Notes: a model not told the origin generated them from the letters alone. Positions 1 to 12,008 are shown, counted from the whole stretch's first letter. The stretch is DNA of 59,933 nt, filler included, from Sphacelaria rigidula (GCA_964200075.2; 10 parts of 10 records of this genome joined end to end with filler, not necessarily neighbours in it); one strand, 5' to 3'. Translations and numbers: made by a program.

Positions 1-56
1 AACCCACGACCCAACCGTCAGAACGTTTCGAGGTTACCAACTGAGCGACCGGGGCG
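1..56 (-). mobile_element. 5' head of tRNA-derived SINE (family A), truncated by contig start
   Basis: The reverse complement CGCCCCGGTCGCTCAGTTGGTAACCTCGAAACGTTCTGACGGTTGGGTCGTGGGTT has a Pol III A-box-like motif and the start of a B-box. It matches 36483-36519 joined to 37729 onward. Confidence 0.75.
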
Positions 57-165
57 GGGCACCCGACTGAAAGAGTGAGGGAAAAGCTCAACGTCACAAA
101 GTGTAAGGCTGTTTCTCACGGGTAGTTCGGGGGGGGGGGGCGTGGACTGTTGGAACATATAGCCC

Positions 166-390
166 TGATTGTGGCCCCCTAACGTGGAACATCGCCATCA
201 CACGCCTTGGACACTTGAAAAAACCTTGGACACCGTTTTTCTCGTCCAGCTATATTCTTGTTCAGAGGCTATTCCCGAAAATTCGGACTCAAATGAACCG
301 GAAGTTTGATTGAAGTCGTCTCGCTGGGGTGATGCAAAGTGTCCAAGACGTGTGATGACGATATATTTCCTGTCTCGGGGCCAAAAATCA
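166..390. mobile_element. MITE-like element with long imperfect inverted repeats
   Basis: 191-216 ATCGCCATCACACGCCTTGGACACTT is inverted at 337-362 (AAGTGTCCAAGACGTGTGATGACGAT). Outer arms TGATTGTGGCCCC and GGGGCCAAAAATCA also pair. Confidence 0.6.
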
Positions 391-3300
391 TGTCAAATCT
401 TTAAAAAGTAGGAAATACGCCCCTCCAAGAAAACCAACTATAAGGAACGATCTGAAACATTTTCCACCCTTTCGCTACGTGGCGACTCAGAATCACGCAC
501 GCAGACATTGATTTCATCGGGTTGTATTTGTTGTGGCACAACATGCTGTTCGTATCAACATGGGGATATATACCCGTACGAACGTATACGGACGTTACAC
601 AAGAGCCCCTTCCACTGTGGCCATTTCTATGGAACCATGACACGATTTTGCTCTGTTCAATGTTCATCCACTAGAAGTACGCAAACAACTACTCTCTGGC
701 CATACCGAGGCAGCCTTGGTCTCTCCCGGGCAGTGCTCCGCGCACGGTGAGTTTTTTTTGGTCACATGCTGCACTGGACATGCTTTCCCCAGTATAGTGC
801 AGCCCATCAGCTACGGTACAAAACAGTTCCGAAGTCAATGAATCTCATATTTTCACCGACGGCCACAAACAGCAGCATGATTACCCCGATCGCACAAAAT
901 CGTCTTCGACTGTGCACACTATGCGCTGTTCTCGTGTCTGCGGCAACCAGAGCTTCACAGTCGGCAATCACCAACTCAGCAAGCAAGTCGGGAGCAGGGG
1001 GATGAAAGCAGCACAGGCGGACCCTCTCTCCCTTGCTTTGTGTATTTGAGTAGCACAGCGATCGATGTTCGGTGCTGGCTTCCTCCACACGCTGCGAGAA
1101 TGTCAACGGGTGTCAATTTACCGGTAACGTAATCATGCACTTCATGGGCCCGTACTTGGTTTTCCTGCGTCTTGAATTGTTTCACGGGTCCTCAAACATG
1201 CCCATCCTTCCCGTCATTCTCTGCACGGCGGGGTATGTCGGTGAAAATACTGTTCCGAGACGAGGCTCACAGTCAAAGATTTCATAAGTACAACGGCTGC
1301 AACCCCATTGTCGAGCTTGGTGCATCATCGGCCAGTTCGGACGGAGTAATGGGTTTGAATACCGACAGTAGTATTTTAATTTACTTGTTTCCGTTGTGAA
1401 AACCGGAGAGAACGACAGTTAATGAAATCTTCGATGACAACCGACACGGCAAGAGAATACAAATTCAATGCTAGATATCAACTTGCGAGGCACGTATTGG
1501 GGACATGTGTCCCTCCAAGCCTACAAACTCGCGTCGAGGGAGGGGGAAGGGGGTATGTTGGAAAAAAATCCTGCTAAAGCTTGTAAGCGTACCTTTCATG
1601 GCGTGGCTTTTCCTCGATGTGCTGATTGGTTGTCACGTTGAACGCAATACTTTTGTCCTTTGCCGAAAAAAAGCGAATGTGGATGCTGAATATTTACCGC
1701 TGGCACATCTGACAGTGCCTGGAGCACAACAACAGTATGCCAAACCCCGAGATTAAGCCTTCAACAGCTGTTGTTGCATTCGAAAACAGGCATATCCACG
1801 CCACTAATTTTCATGTTGTCACTGTAGAAATGACTTTTTCGAGATCTTCCACGGACTGGCCTTGCCGGACGTGCAGGGTAATACTTGCCGATAAAATCAG
1901 GACTGAAAATCTCAGCATCTTGGACGTTTCTTCCTTGATAATTCCACCTTGTATGCAGCTCCTGCAGCGTGGCGGGAGACTCGTCACACACCCTGACAAA
2001 CTTCTCAAACTCGATGTTCGAGTAAAGAGCGGCAGTGGTTGCTGCCGAGAGTTCATGGGTCGTGTCGACAGAGTGAAGCATGAAACGTGAACTCTCACTG
2101 GTGTTCTACCCCATCTCTAGGTAACCTCTGGGATTAGTTTTTACCACAAAAGACGAGGTAATGGCCAGTCTTTCTCCACGGTGTAAAAACTGAAATGTAT
2201 GCCAACATTTGTAAATATCCGCACTTGGCCTGAATACAAAAATCATTGCACTTTTGAACAGAAACCTTACTTGTGGGTCTCTCCACCGGGGCTGGAGTAG
2301 CCGCCCTGAAACTTGGCGTACTAGTCGGACACAACACGAACAGCATGTGCATGAGTCGGCGGCACACTCGGGCCGTGCTAAAACGTGAACAGAGCGAATA
2401 CCGATTTTGGGGCAATATCGCGGCTTTCCGCAACCCAGACTGCGTGCACCATCACGAGTGCATTTTCGGACACGCTGGTGAACTATCTTCCATATCATGA
2501 GCAGCTGCGCTGCCAAGCAAACATCGATCTATCAATGGATCATGCCAATCTGGACAAATTCCATCCACATATCGTCTGTACAGTGCTCAGTTCGGGAGGC
2601 ACGGCTGTACGTGCGCTGTCGCTACATCGCGCTGAAACTTCGGCCACACGTCATGTGAATCACAGTTAACAAGCTCATGTCTAAGTCTGGGGTTGCGCGT
2701 TGCAGCAATGCGTAACGCGGTGAAAAGAGTTCGGATTTTGTGTCGATTCTTTTCTTTTTCTGGCGCCAGATTGTGGCAACATGATGGATCAACACCCTCA
2801 TGTCTGAAAAGGCGCCTCAAAAGAGCTGCACCGCGCCGATCTGTACCCACTGTAATGGTTATCATAACGGGAATATCATTCGTTCCCGGCACGGCCTCGC
2901 GGTATCGTTGTACTTACAAGTGCTACACAATATGCTGGATAGGCGTACTAGGTCATGCGCTCGATGATAAGCCGCCGGAAACCTGAAGAGCTTGTAAAAT
3001 TGCCACTTCATATGATCGCCGCTACTTGTACTCCACGCTGCACGCCAATTCAACTACACCCAGTGTACCTCCGGAGTTTACCCGAACTTTGGACAAAATT
3101 CACGGTTGAAAGCACAGTATACTTGGTTTTAGTGCAGACTGCTACATCCACAGCACAGAAAGAGCAAGTGTGCAGCCCTGAATCTGTGCAAGTAGAAAGT
3201 GATCAGTTTGCGAGAGCGTCGGCCCTTTAGATTGCTATTGCCACCGCCATCTTCTTGACTGTCAGCTACAACAAAAGCAGTATGGTGTGCACACAAGAGC

Positions 3301-4039
3301 CCGAGTGTCTTGAATTCTGCCGACCTCCCAGCAAGATCTGTGCTCCTCGGTGAGGATAGCACCGCCTGGATGTCAAGTCTATAACCTCGGCTTGCTCCGA
3401 ATCTTGAACCATTCGTTCGAAATCTGCGGTGTTCACTCTGCTATGAATTACACTCTTTTGGCACGAACTCATAGGTGTCTCCAGATATACGCGATTTCGG
3501 TGGAGTGCAGGGCCGCACTTTCCGGGAGAACGTCGGAGTCAAACGAAATCCGTGGGGGTGATATACCCCGTCATGTGGATAGCGTGCATACCATTGTCTC
3601 TGCACTTCCAATGTAGTGTTCCGGTCCAAAGCAGCACGGAAATAAGGTTGCCATCCAAAATGTATGCATAGTATATCGCCGAACGTCTGCAAATGAACAC
3701 TCACCTCTTTGCGTCAGGTGGGCCCATTTCGATGTGTCTAGGATGTGCAACCAATGGGTTGTGCCACCGAACAACTCAACTTGGGCCATTTTCCACTTGC
3801 GTCTGCACAAAAGTTAGTCATTGTGACATATCCGTGTTCGTGTGGTAAACAGCTGCCGGACAAGCAACTGTAAGAGCAAACGGTTGTGCCGCAGACCGCA
3901 GACGGCTCGCGAATCGACCCGTCCGAGGGGAAATGGCCAAAGCTGATGAAGCAAAACTCTGATCCCCAGGCGGCCCTACAACAATATTCGCGATCAACAG
4001 CTCAAACACCTTAGAAAAGCGTGTGGGACCCGTCCGTGG

Positions 4040-4146
4040 AAGGCCCACGACTCCGCAGACCGCACGCTTCTGTGAGAAGTCCTTGCCCGGTTCGGAGTCT
4101 CGCAGCGGATGATCAAGGCCGTCGGTATGTTTCGCAATGCCATGCA
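4040..4146 (+). pseudogene. Non-LTR (RTE-like) reverse transcriptase fragment
   Basis: Translates KAHDSADRTLL*EVLARFGVSQRMIKAVGMFRNAMQ, a decayed form of the KAYDSVDR..LW..L.RFG.P RT motif, with an in-frame stop. Confidence 0.75.
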
Positions 4147-4954
4147 AAATCGGGTACAACCAGATGATGGCTAATTATGAGCGTGATTTCGTGTCTGCGA
4201 TGGACTCAGGCAAGGACGCGTTTCGTCTTCGTTTCATACCCTGTTATTGTTCAACCCCTGGACGGCGACGTGACATCAACACGCAAAATTGGCAAATAGT
4301 ACCCGTCGAAGGTGCCTTTGAGTGTGAATTGACCATCCCTGAAAGTGCACTTGCTGAGCTTAGAGGTAGGCGAGTATGAAGTGCAGGTTCAAAACTTGCG
4401 ATTGCGAGAAGTTCCCCCACCCGCACAGCTAGTTCACAATCAACATACCCATGACAAGCAACGCAGGACATCCATCACAACCACTGTACCATCCTTTCCA
4501 CGAGGCACCAGTTGCGAACTGTAATTGCAACGTTTGACATCGCAGACAGGCGACCTCCCTGCCACCGCCGTAGTATCAGCGTTTGCTTCGTTATGCTGGG
4601 TCAAAATCAAATGTTCGGTGCGCACAAGGCGTTGCCTTGGGTACAGCTCCTCCTCACTATCGCCGGTCTCGTGTATCCAGGGTAAGCTGAAGATGGTGTG
4701 AACGATTCGTACTCCACTCGTACCGCGCAGCACCAATGCTGCACTGCGGTTGCGTTAGAGTCCATGACATTTCTGTTGAGATATTATTCTGCCTACTAGC
4801 GTAATGCAGGTCGCAGGCTATAGGTGAAGTTTCAACGTCGGCACGGTGCACGAGGCATGGCTTGCGGATCAAGCCCAGTCATGAGCCGTTCAGCAGTAGA
4901 AAGCGTGGATAGTACAGAGAGTGAATTCATTCGCATGTCTACAGGAACAATCAT

Positions 4955-5195
4955 TCCAAGGGTCGGACGAATAACAACGATTCGTCTGAAAATTACTTGG
5001 TTTTAGTATAATTGATTCGACTCGCACAAATCAATCCCTAGGCTTTGTTTTCAGCGTTGCAACGCAGGCACATCCAGCCCAGACACGTGGAATGGCGCAA
5101 AAGTTGCGTGGATACCCCTTCGACCAGCGGTCAACTTTTTTCTCCCTTTTGGGCAATCAGGTCGAAGAAATCGTAGATTTTGTGATTTGTAGTCA
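4955..5195. repeat. Interspersed repeat (family B); related copies at 6005-6060 (inverted), ~9180-9420 and ~48030-48095
   Basis: Shared degenerate motifs AAGGGTCGG..TCGTCTGAAAATTAC.., CTTTGTTTTCAGCGTTG and GGGCAATCAGG..GAAATCGT occur across three different contigs. Confidence 0.7.
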
Positions 5196-5904
5196 TGTGC
5201 TCGAGGTAGTCCTCGTGCGATTCAGCGAGGATGATATCATCATCAAGGGCATGGTATATCTGGATGAGGAGACGGGGAGGAGGGCGGAGACACCCCTGGA
5301 ACGTGTACGGAGAGCGGTGTGGGGAGTGCTGTATGCCGACGATGCCGGCGTCATCTCGAGATCCCTCGATGGACTGGCGAGGACGATGACCATCATAGTG
5401 GACGTGTTTGGGGCCTTTGGACTGATCGTATCGGAGAAGAAGACGGAGACTCTCTTGATGCTAGTGCCAAGGCAAGCACCAAAGAAGGGGGAGTCAACAA
5501 CACCATCTCCCCCACCGCTGATCATCGAAGCATCGGACCAGAAATGCACCCAGAAACGTAGTTCCCGATACTTGGGCGGGCTCGTCNNNNNNNNNCGGGC
5601 TCGTCAACGAAGAGGGCGAACTCAAGCAAGAAATCAACAATTGGAGCAAATCAGCGTTGGCGTGCATCAGGAAGTTCTCCGGGGAGCTCTTTGACCGACC
5701 GAAAGCACCATAGAGACTCAAGATCCGACTGCTGAAAGCGAAGGCGATGGAGGCCCTACTATACGGATGCATGACGTGGGCCCCACGCCGCGAACACTAC
5801 GACTTGCTTAGAAAGGTGCACTACCGGCCCCTCCTGCGAGTCATCGGGTACCGCCGAGTGCGCGGCACATACCAACAGCTGTCGTATGCACAGGCCCTCA
5901 AGAA
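5195..5904 (+). mobile_element. RTE-clade LINE ORF2 relic (RT YADD core and downstream region), truncated by contig end
   Basis: Reads VWGVLYADDAGVISRSLDGLARTMTIIVDVFGAFGLIVSEKKTETLLM ... YLGG ... EALLYGCMTWAP. LLYG.ETW is an RTE-type motif. The copy has stops and an N-gap flanked by a duplicated CGGGCTCGTC (overlap artefact). Confidence 0.9.
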
Positions 5905-6004
5905 NNNNNNNNNNNNNNNNNNNNNNNNNNNNNNNNNNNNNNNNNNNNTTAATTAATTAANNNNNNNNNNNNNNNNNNNNNNNNNNNNNNNNNNNNNNNN
6001 NNNN
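5905..6004. other. Artificial contig-joining linker (N44-TTAATTAATTAA-N44); identical copies at 11909-12008, 17913-18012, 23917-24016, 29921-30020, 35924-36023, 41927-42026, 47930-48029, 53932-54031
   Basis: The same 100-nt spacer, with stop codons in all six frames, occurs nine times. The intervening contigs never increase in length (5904 x5, 5903 x3, 5902 x2), so they are size-sorted unplaced contigs. Confidence 0.99.
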
Positions 6005-6260
6005 CATTATACTAAAACCAAGTAACTTTCAGACGAATCATCATTTGTCCGACCCTTGAAAGCTTTACAGCTACAGTTTAGTCATACCTCGTAGTTCGGG
6101 TTGTCTTTGACTATTCACGGCGCGTCTGATGGAGGTTCCGATGATGGGCGTACAAAGGTATTGCTTCGGTTGTCCATGCTTCACCTCATTTGTTGTACAT
6201 CGCTGAATAGCTGTATCTGGCGATTCACCAAGTGGGCGATACCCCGGCCGATTTGGCTAG

Positions 6261-6372
6261 CGTGAACATGCAAATCATCGCTCGCAACGGCGACATCGCC
6301 GGCGCGGATGGACCTTCGATCTTCGGCGGAGCATGCGCCACCAAGGCCATCTCTGTGGCGGCCATGAGCTAC
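6261..6372 (+). CDS. Subtilisin-like S8 serine protease, exon a (partial gene)
   Basis: AG|...|GTGAGT boundaries. Encodes VNMQIIARNGDIAGADGPSIFGGACATKAISVAAMSY, resembling the S8 A..AISV(G/A)A strand. Ends in phase 0, matching the next exon. Confidence 0.8.
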
Positions 6373-7304
6373 GTGAGTTGCTTGTTCACTTTCAACGATG
6401 CTTATCGAAGAGTCATTCGTAGAAAGTACACGGAATTTTATTTTTGAATCTGTTTTAGCTTGTTTTTTTCTTCAGAAAAACTGATTCTTACATTTCTGTT
6501 TCGCCACGACTGAGATTTACATCAACCTCAGTTATACGCCAGGGCCAGTCCACTCGTGTCCCTCTTGTATGCATCACACCGATCAACGATTGCCAAAGAG
6601 TTTTCGATGACCGCGGTAAACGCCCTTGGTGAATTCAACGAGATGCGGGAAGTCAATTTCATCGAAAACAAGTTGATGTCGCTAACTACCGAGAAACAGC
6701 GTACCGATCCTTTGACATCTGTCGGACGGGCCCTCTTTGTTATCAGTAGCACTTTAGGCGTCGAAGTCATGGTGCTTGAGACACGCCCGTAACCTGGTGC
6801 GCTCGCTGTGGCTAGTTGCGTAACTATTAGCTTACTCTTGCGCGTAGACTTGAACCCTGTCTGCGCGACTTTGTTTCATTGTGTGCGACATGCCAAAATA
6901 GAGCGTCAAGCTATCATAGTAGTTGTGCTGCCTGGGTTTGTGTCGGGCTTTGGCGGGGTTCAGGAAATGGCTTGCTCGAGTCGAGCGGTGGGGTGACGAA
7001 GTGCTTAACCATAGTACGTACAGTAGTACGCCATACAGCAGCAATGCAGGCACAATAACGAGCACAGGCGCGCAATATTTGTCCGAATGCTTAGAAATGA
7101 CCCACCTATGTGTCATTCAACACAGATGGACAGCTGCTGCGTTTACCAGTCATATAATATCGCGTGAATCCGAGTCAACTAAAGAATGCACGCGCAACGG
7201 CGTTTTAGAGAGGTGTGCGTAGAATGACAGCTTTTACCCCCATGCGTCGCCTGCCTTTGTTTCTGGGGGAAACCATTTTCCCGCTGCTCTGGTGAACCAC
7301 ACAG

Positions 7305-7467
7305 ACCGACGCGTCCGGCTCGGGAGGGGAATTCGCAGACCCCGAAGACGGTCCCATCGCCTCCTACTCCTCTCGAGGCACGTGCATGGTCTCCTCCGGT
7401 TCAAGCCTGGAGGAACGCATGAAGCCCGTCACCACGGCTGCGGCCGGTGTGAGCACATCCACTGAAG
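7305..7467 (+). CDS. Subtilisin-like S8 protease, exon b
   Basis: CAG|...|GTGAAG boundaries. Encodes TDASGSGGEFADPEDGPIASYSSRGTCMVSSGSSLEERMKPVTTAAAGVSTSTE, matching the S8 (Y/F)SSRG...R.KP...A.G motif. 163 nt, phase 0 to 1. Confidence 0.85.
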
Positions 7468-8206
7468 GTGAAGACCCACCCGCGTTCATCGAGGAGAAGA
7501 AGGACTATGTAACCGAATGATATCAAGCCATAATGTTTCAGTATAATCGCATGCATGATTGGAGCAGTGGCAGGGGACAGCGGATCCTGGATTGATGGAC
7601 CTTTCCTGTGTGGCCCCTTGCTTTCTGGCTCGTGATCTGTTGAGGATCACTCCGTGATAAAAAAAAAAACAAGTTAGAAGAAAGGACCCGTCGAGCACCA
7701 CGCCAGTGATACTGGAGGAATCTCTCGTTGAAAGTCCTCTTGTCCAGATCGTCTGGCAGAGGCTATTTTAACTAATCTGTACCGAATTTTGAGCCACCCG
7801 TGTCGCCGGAAACGCGTACAAGGCTCTCAACCTTCGGGTTCGCGACGGTGCGATGTCGACATGTTTTGGTATCTCTGGATTTATTTGGAGGAGCGGAATG
7901 TTGTTACTCGAGGCAATCGTCGTTACGCATTATATTTCCCGTGGGCAGGAAGTACATTCGGTCTCCTGAAACCGCGTCGTCATCCTAAAGTTTACCGTGT
8001 AGAGCCTCTCATGCTTCGTGATGGTGTATTGCTTCTTGCATGGTTGCCGCGCCTAGCCGAACGCGAACCGTTCCCTGCGTACCTCTGGTGTCCATGATGT
8101 AACCTCGCCTCCATCATGTGACTGAAGGCGTACACTACTCGGATTGTTCGACGTTTTTGCGTCACGATGCTCACGTGGCCTTGAATTGTGTCCCGTCGTG
8201 ACCCAG

Positions 8207-8295
8207 GCTTCAGTACCTTCCCCGGGACCTCCGTGTCTTCCACTGTGGCCGCGGCGATCGCCACTCTCATTCGTGCGGCGTGTGCACCCGAAAAG
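8207..8295 (+). CDS. Subtilisin-like S8 protease, exon c (catalytic Ser, GTS motif)
   Basis: CAG|...|GTACGG boundaries. Encodes (G)FSTFPGTSVSSTVAAAIATLIRAACAPEK. 89 nt, phase 1 to 0, in frame with both neighbours. Confidence 0.85.
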
Positions 8296-10047
8296 GTACG
8301 GCTAAGTGTCACACGAGCGTTGAATCGATAGGGTGTAGGGGATAACTACAGTCGTACGGCTATGATACGGCTGGAATGTGCGGCATCACCGTCGTGTTCG
8401 TACATTCTATTTGTGATATGGTGCTGCAGATCATCAACGCATTTTACCTTCGAGAACCAACGCCGTTTGACCCGTGTGTGAGGGAAGGTGACCTTGTAGC
8501 ACTAGCGTGTGTATCTGTTTCCAATAAACAATCACGATCGGGTCAGCAATCAGACACGGTCCGATTCTACACTATTGTACAGCACCTATCTGCGATGTGT
8601 CCGTCCGAGACATGAGATACATGGCGGAACATTCATCCGGCATGTTCACGTCCACGTCGGATATTTTCCCTTTGAGGTTCGGGATTGAGCGTAGAGGTAG
8701 GTGCCTCCAGTGGGTGTTTGTATGTTCGGTGAGCATCCATATGGGATATCACAATCTCAGGTAAATATTCCAGGCGGATGTGGTGTCCTAAATGAAAAGT
8801 GCGATCAACTAGGCATCCCCGATCAGAGCGCCTGTGAACTCACGTCTGAGTGCAATAAATTCTCCGGGACCTTGGATGGCCGGAACGATGCCGATCATGC
8901 GCGCTTCGACCTGATTCTTTTTTTTTCTCCATGAAAGGTAGTTTCATTCGTCATGAAAATGCTGACGTCCAGCTCTCAAACACGCGGAGTTACCGCGAGA
9001 AAGCATCCGGCCGTAAAATAGTTGCACGGGTCTGGGGATGGCAGAGGTACAATGTCTAGCACCTAAATCGTACATGCTTTGCGAGTTATATTCCTCGTCA
9101 AGGCTTCCCGTTATAGGCGGCGTCTAAGTTCACGGTCGTATTATTATCCCCACTTGATTGGATACAGCTTCGTGGCTTAGAAGGGTCGGGCATATAATGA
9201 TCCGTCTGAGAACTACTTTATTTTTGGTGTAATTGATTCTTATGGTACGAAGTAATCCCTGGACTTTGTTTTCAGCGTTGTATAACTCAGGTACGTGGAC
9301 TAGCGTTGCACATGTCAAGCGCAAACTGTGCGTACTATTAGAGATTGTTTTTCACCCGCGATCAACTTATTTTCTGTCTCGAGAAATCTTGTCTCGGAAA
9401 TCGTAGGTTTGGTGATCCGAACCGGAGATGATTCGTCCACACCTTGGTGCTCGATACAGTGTATCAATCCGATGATGGACGTCCTTCTTCTGGAGTGAGA
9501 GTTTAGGCATGACGAAACGCGACGGGTGTGCTCTACAGTAGATATCGTACTGCTTACGTAGCTCGTCGATGAAGGAAAGAACGACGCAATCTCACCACCG
9601 TAATAATAGTCTGGGGAAAAACGAAGACGGACAGTTAACGGGCGGCTCAGTACCACTCCGGCAATCCATTGATGATTTTTGTTTTTGTGAATCGGTATCA
9701 GTTTGACTTAAAAATGACTGAAAATGATGTCCATTCCCAAAAACAAAAACCGTAAAAGGGTTCCAAAACGGATATGTTTGACCTGGCGTTCTACGGTGTC
9801 GTTTCATACCTTGACAAGCCATCTCTTTTCCGCTAGTTTCGCCAGCGTATGTTCCCCTTCACCCCATTCATTGCTTCGTGTCGTTTGGATGCCTCGTCGG
9901 TAATCCTCCGATTGCACCAATCTTTCCCGCCGAATTTCGCGAATCTCCGCTGAATTCGATATCGCAACGTGTTTGTCTTCAATCGCACTCACCCCTCTCC
10001 CTCCCCCTCGACTATCTCATTCATTGTTGGGTCTCGCCACCTCCTAG

Positions 10048-10222
10048 GTTGTCGGCCACGATGAAATTATGGAGATCTTGACTGACTACGACTACACCGT
10101 GGACTTCGTGGGCGACGCAGACGGCGCGACGGAAGCCTTTGGCGGCCAGGCGGGATACGGCATCATTTCCGCGAGTAAGGCCCTTGCCTGGGTCGAGACG
10201 AACTGCGCTGCGGCTTGCCCAG
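10048..10222 (+). CDS. Subtilisin-like S8 protease, exon d (end of catalytic domain)
   Basis: TAG|...|GTACGG boundaries. Encodes VVGHDEIMEILTDYDYTVDFVGDADGATEAFGGQAGYGIISASKALAWVETNCAAACP; GYG.I.A.KA is the typical S8 C-terminal motif. Phase 0 to 1. Confidence 0.85.
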
Positions 10223-10899
10223 GTACGGTAGCTTCGAAAGCACGATATTTCAACTGGGTTTCTGAAGCTTTGTGAAATTCAAGGTTCGTGGTTGGGAAGC
10301 AACTCAGTCGCCACCCGAATGCGGACGGTCTAGACCTCGTTGCTATGCGACATTGCTACGCAAGAGCGCGATCGAGAAAGCGCTGCGCTTGATGTGTACG
10401 CGTATGCACACAAATACTCGAGGGTGAACACGTTTTAGTGTGACCTCAAAGCGCCACTTCTTCGTGGCATTTCGGAGTACTTCCAAGCAGGGGTAAGTTG
10501 CGCTGCTTGATGCAGGCAATGGTACTCTCGATGCAGAGGCAATCGATACAAAACGACGCAAGCGACGCGTCATCCGCTTTAGTCATGATTGTATACTCTG
10601 ACTTTTCAATATGCAACCGCTATTTTCTCTAGTTCAAAACATACTATCCCTACAAAAGCCAACGTAAGAGCAACACCAAAAAATAAAGGCAATGTTTTTT
10701 CGAATTCGTCGTATCCCCACTAGGTGAGCGAATCTGGACGGTTCGCTCCTTTTGCTATCATGTCCTTCCCGTAACGTCATTATTGTTTCCATCATTCTTG
10801 ACCGAAGAGCCTCTCCTCGAACACACAGCATAGCAAGCTAACAACCCGAAACCCTGAACCCGTTACTATCCCAACTGTTCCCTACGTATACCCCTACAG

Positions 10900-11324
10900 G
10901 CGACACCGCAACCTCTCCGGCCCCAACCTCCGGAGGAGTCCTCACCGAATTTCCCACCATGGCCCCTTCTTCCTCCCCCGCCGAAGCTACGAGGGCTCCC
11001 ATAGTCCCTTCCCCATCTCCCGAGCTCGTTCTCACGAACTCTCCTGTCACGGCCACGCCATCGCCTGACCGTGAAACTCCCGAGCCGACGACACTTTCCC
11101 CCACACCTGACCGTGGAACGTTCATGCCAGCAGTGCCTTCCCCCATCACGGCCGCGCCTTCTCCTGACCGTGAAACTCCAGAGCCGGAGGCACCTTCCCC
11201 TACACCTGATCGCAAAACGCCGATGCCGGCAGAGCCTTCCCCCACCACCCCCGAAACGGATGCACCCAAGACGCCGCGGGCGGTACCTACCTCTGTGGAT
11301 GATGACCCGGAATCTTGGGTGGAG
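10900..11324 (+). CDS. S8 protease gene, exon e: Pro/Thr/Ser-rich mucin-like linker
   Basis: CAG|...|GTGAGC boundaries. Encodes (G)DTATSPAPTSGG...TPSPDRETPEP...VPTSVDDDPESWVE and contains a 99-bp (33-aa) tandem duplication starting at 11049 and 11148. Phase 1 to 0. Confidence 0.85.
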
Positions 11325-11546
11325 GTGAGCTTCTGGATGAATTTGCTCGTGGAGAAGCAAAGACAGCTTGATGGATACTTCCACCGAGGGGAGCAGTCTA
11401 CCGGTCTTCATGCAATATCATGTTCGTCACAATGCAACCTTCAGAGATTCCTGCACGCATAACCGCGTCTGTGCAACTCACCAATGCGGGCTAGTCGCTC
11501 ATTCTGAACACACCGCTGCCTGCAATGTTTGTGATTTTCTCGTCAG

Positions 11547-11686
11547 GCCGGCGATGTAACTACCGTGACCGTAACAAGCACGGGGTACGACGAACGCCCA
11601 GGCGCGGAGTCGAGTAATGTCGGCTGCGGTACGAGCGGCTGTATGCCCGAGCTGTCCCGCGATAAGGACTTGTCTTACGAGTCAAG
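11547..11686 (+). CDS. S8 protease gene, exon f: start of brown-algal F5/8 type C (discoidin)-like repeat; gene continues off contig
   Basis: CAG|...|GTGATG boundaries. Encodes AGDVTTVTVTSTGYDERPGAESSNVGCGTSGCMPELSRDKDLSYES(R), which from recall resembles the DER....GC...GC.P..TRD.....SRWSC repeats of Ectocarpus secreted proteins. Confidence 0.75.
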
Positions 11687-12008
11687 GTGATGGCCGCAGT
11701 ACGCGCATGGGAGCATGCCTACTTTTCAGTTGTGAAGATTCTACTGTAGGGCTCGAAAGTAATGCCATCCATTTCACCTCTCTGGTGTAATCATTTTCGT
11801 CGCTTGACTGATGTCACGATAGATCCCCCCCCCCTCCCCCTCCATTGTAGTCCGTCATCCAAATGCAAGATAATCAGTAGGCTTCGGGCCGAACAATCTT
11901 AGCAGGATNNNNNNNNNNNNNNNNNNNNNNNNNNNNNNNNNNNNNNNNNNNNTTAATTAATTAANNNNNNNNNNNNNNNNNNNNNNNNNNNNNNNNNNNN
12001 NNNNNNNN

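Noticed and set aside
10838..11411. Gly/Arg-rich minus-strand ORFs
   Set aside because: They are antisense shadows of the Pro/Thr-rich exon 10900-11324.
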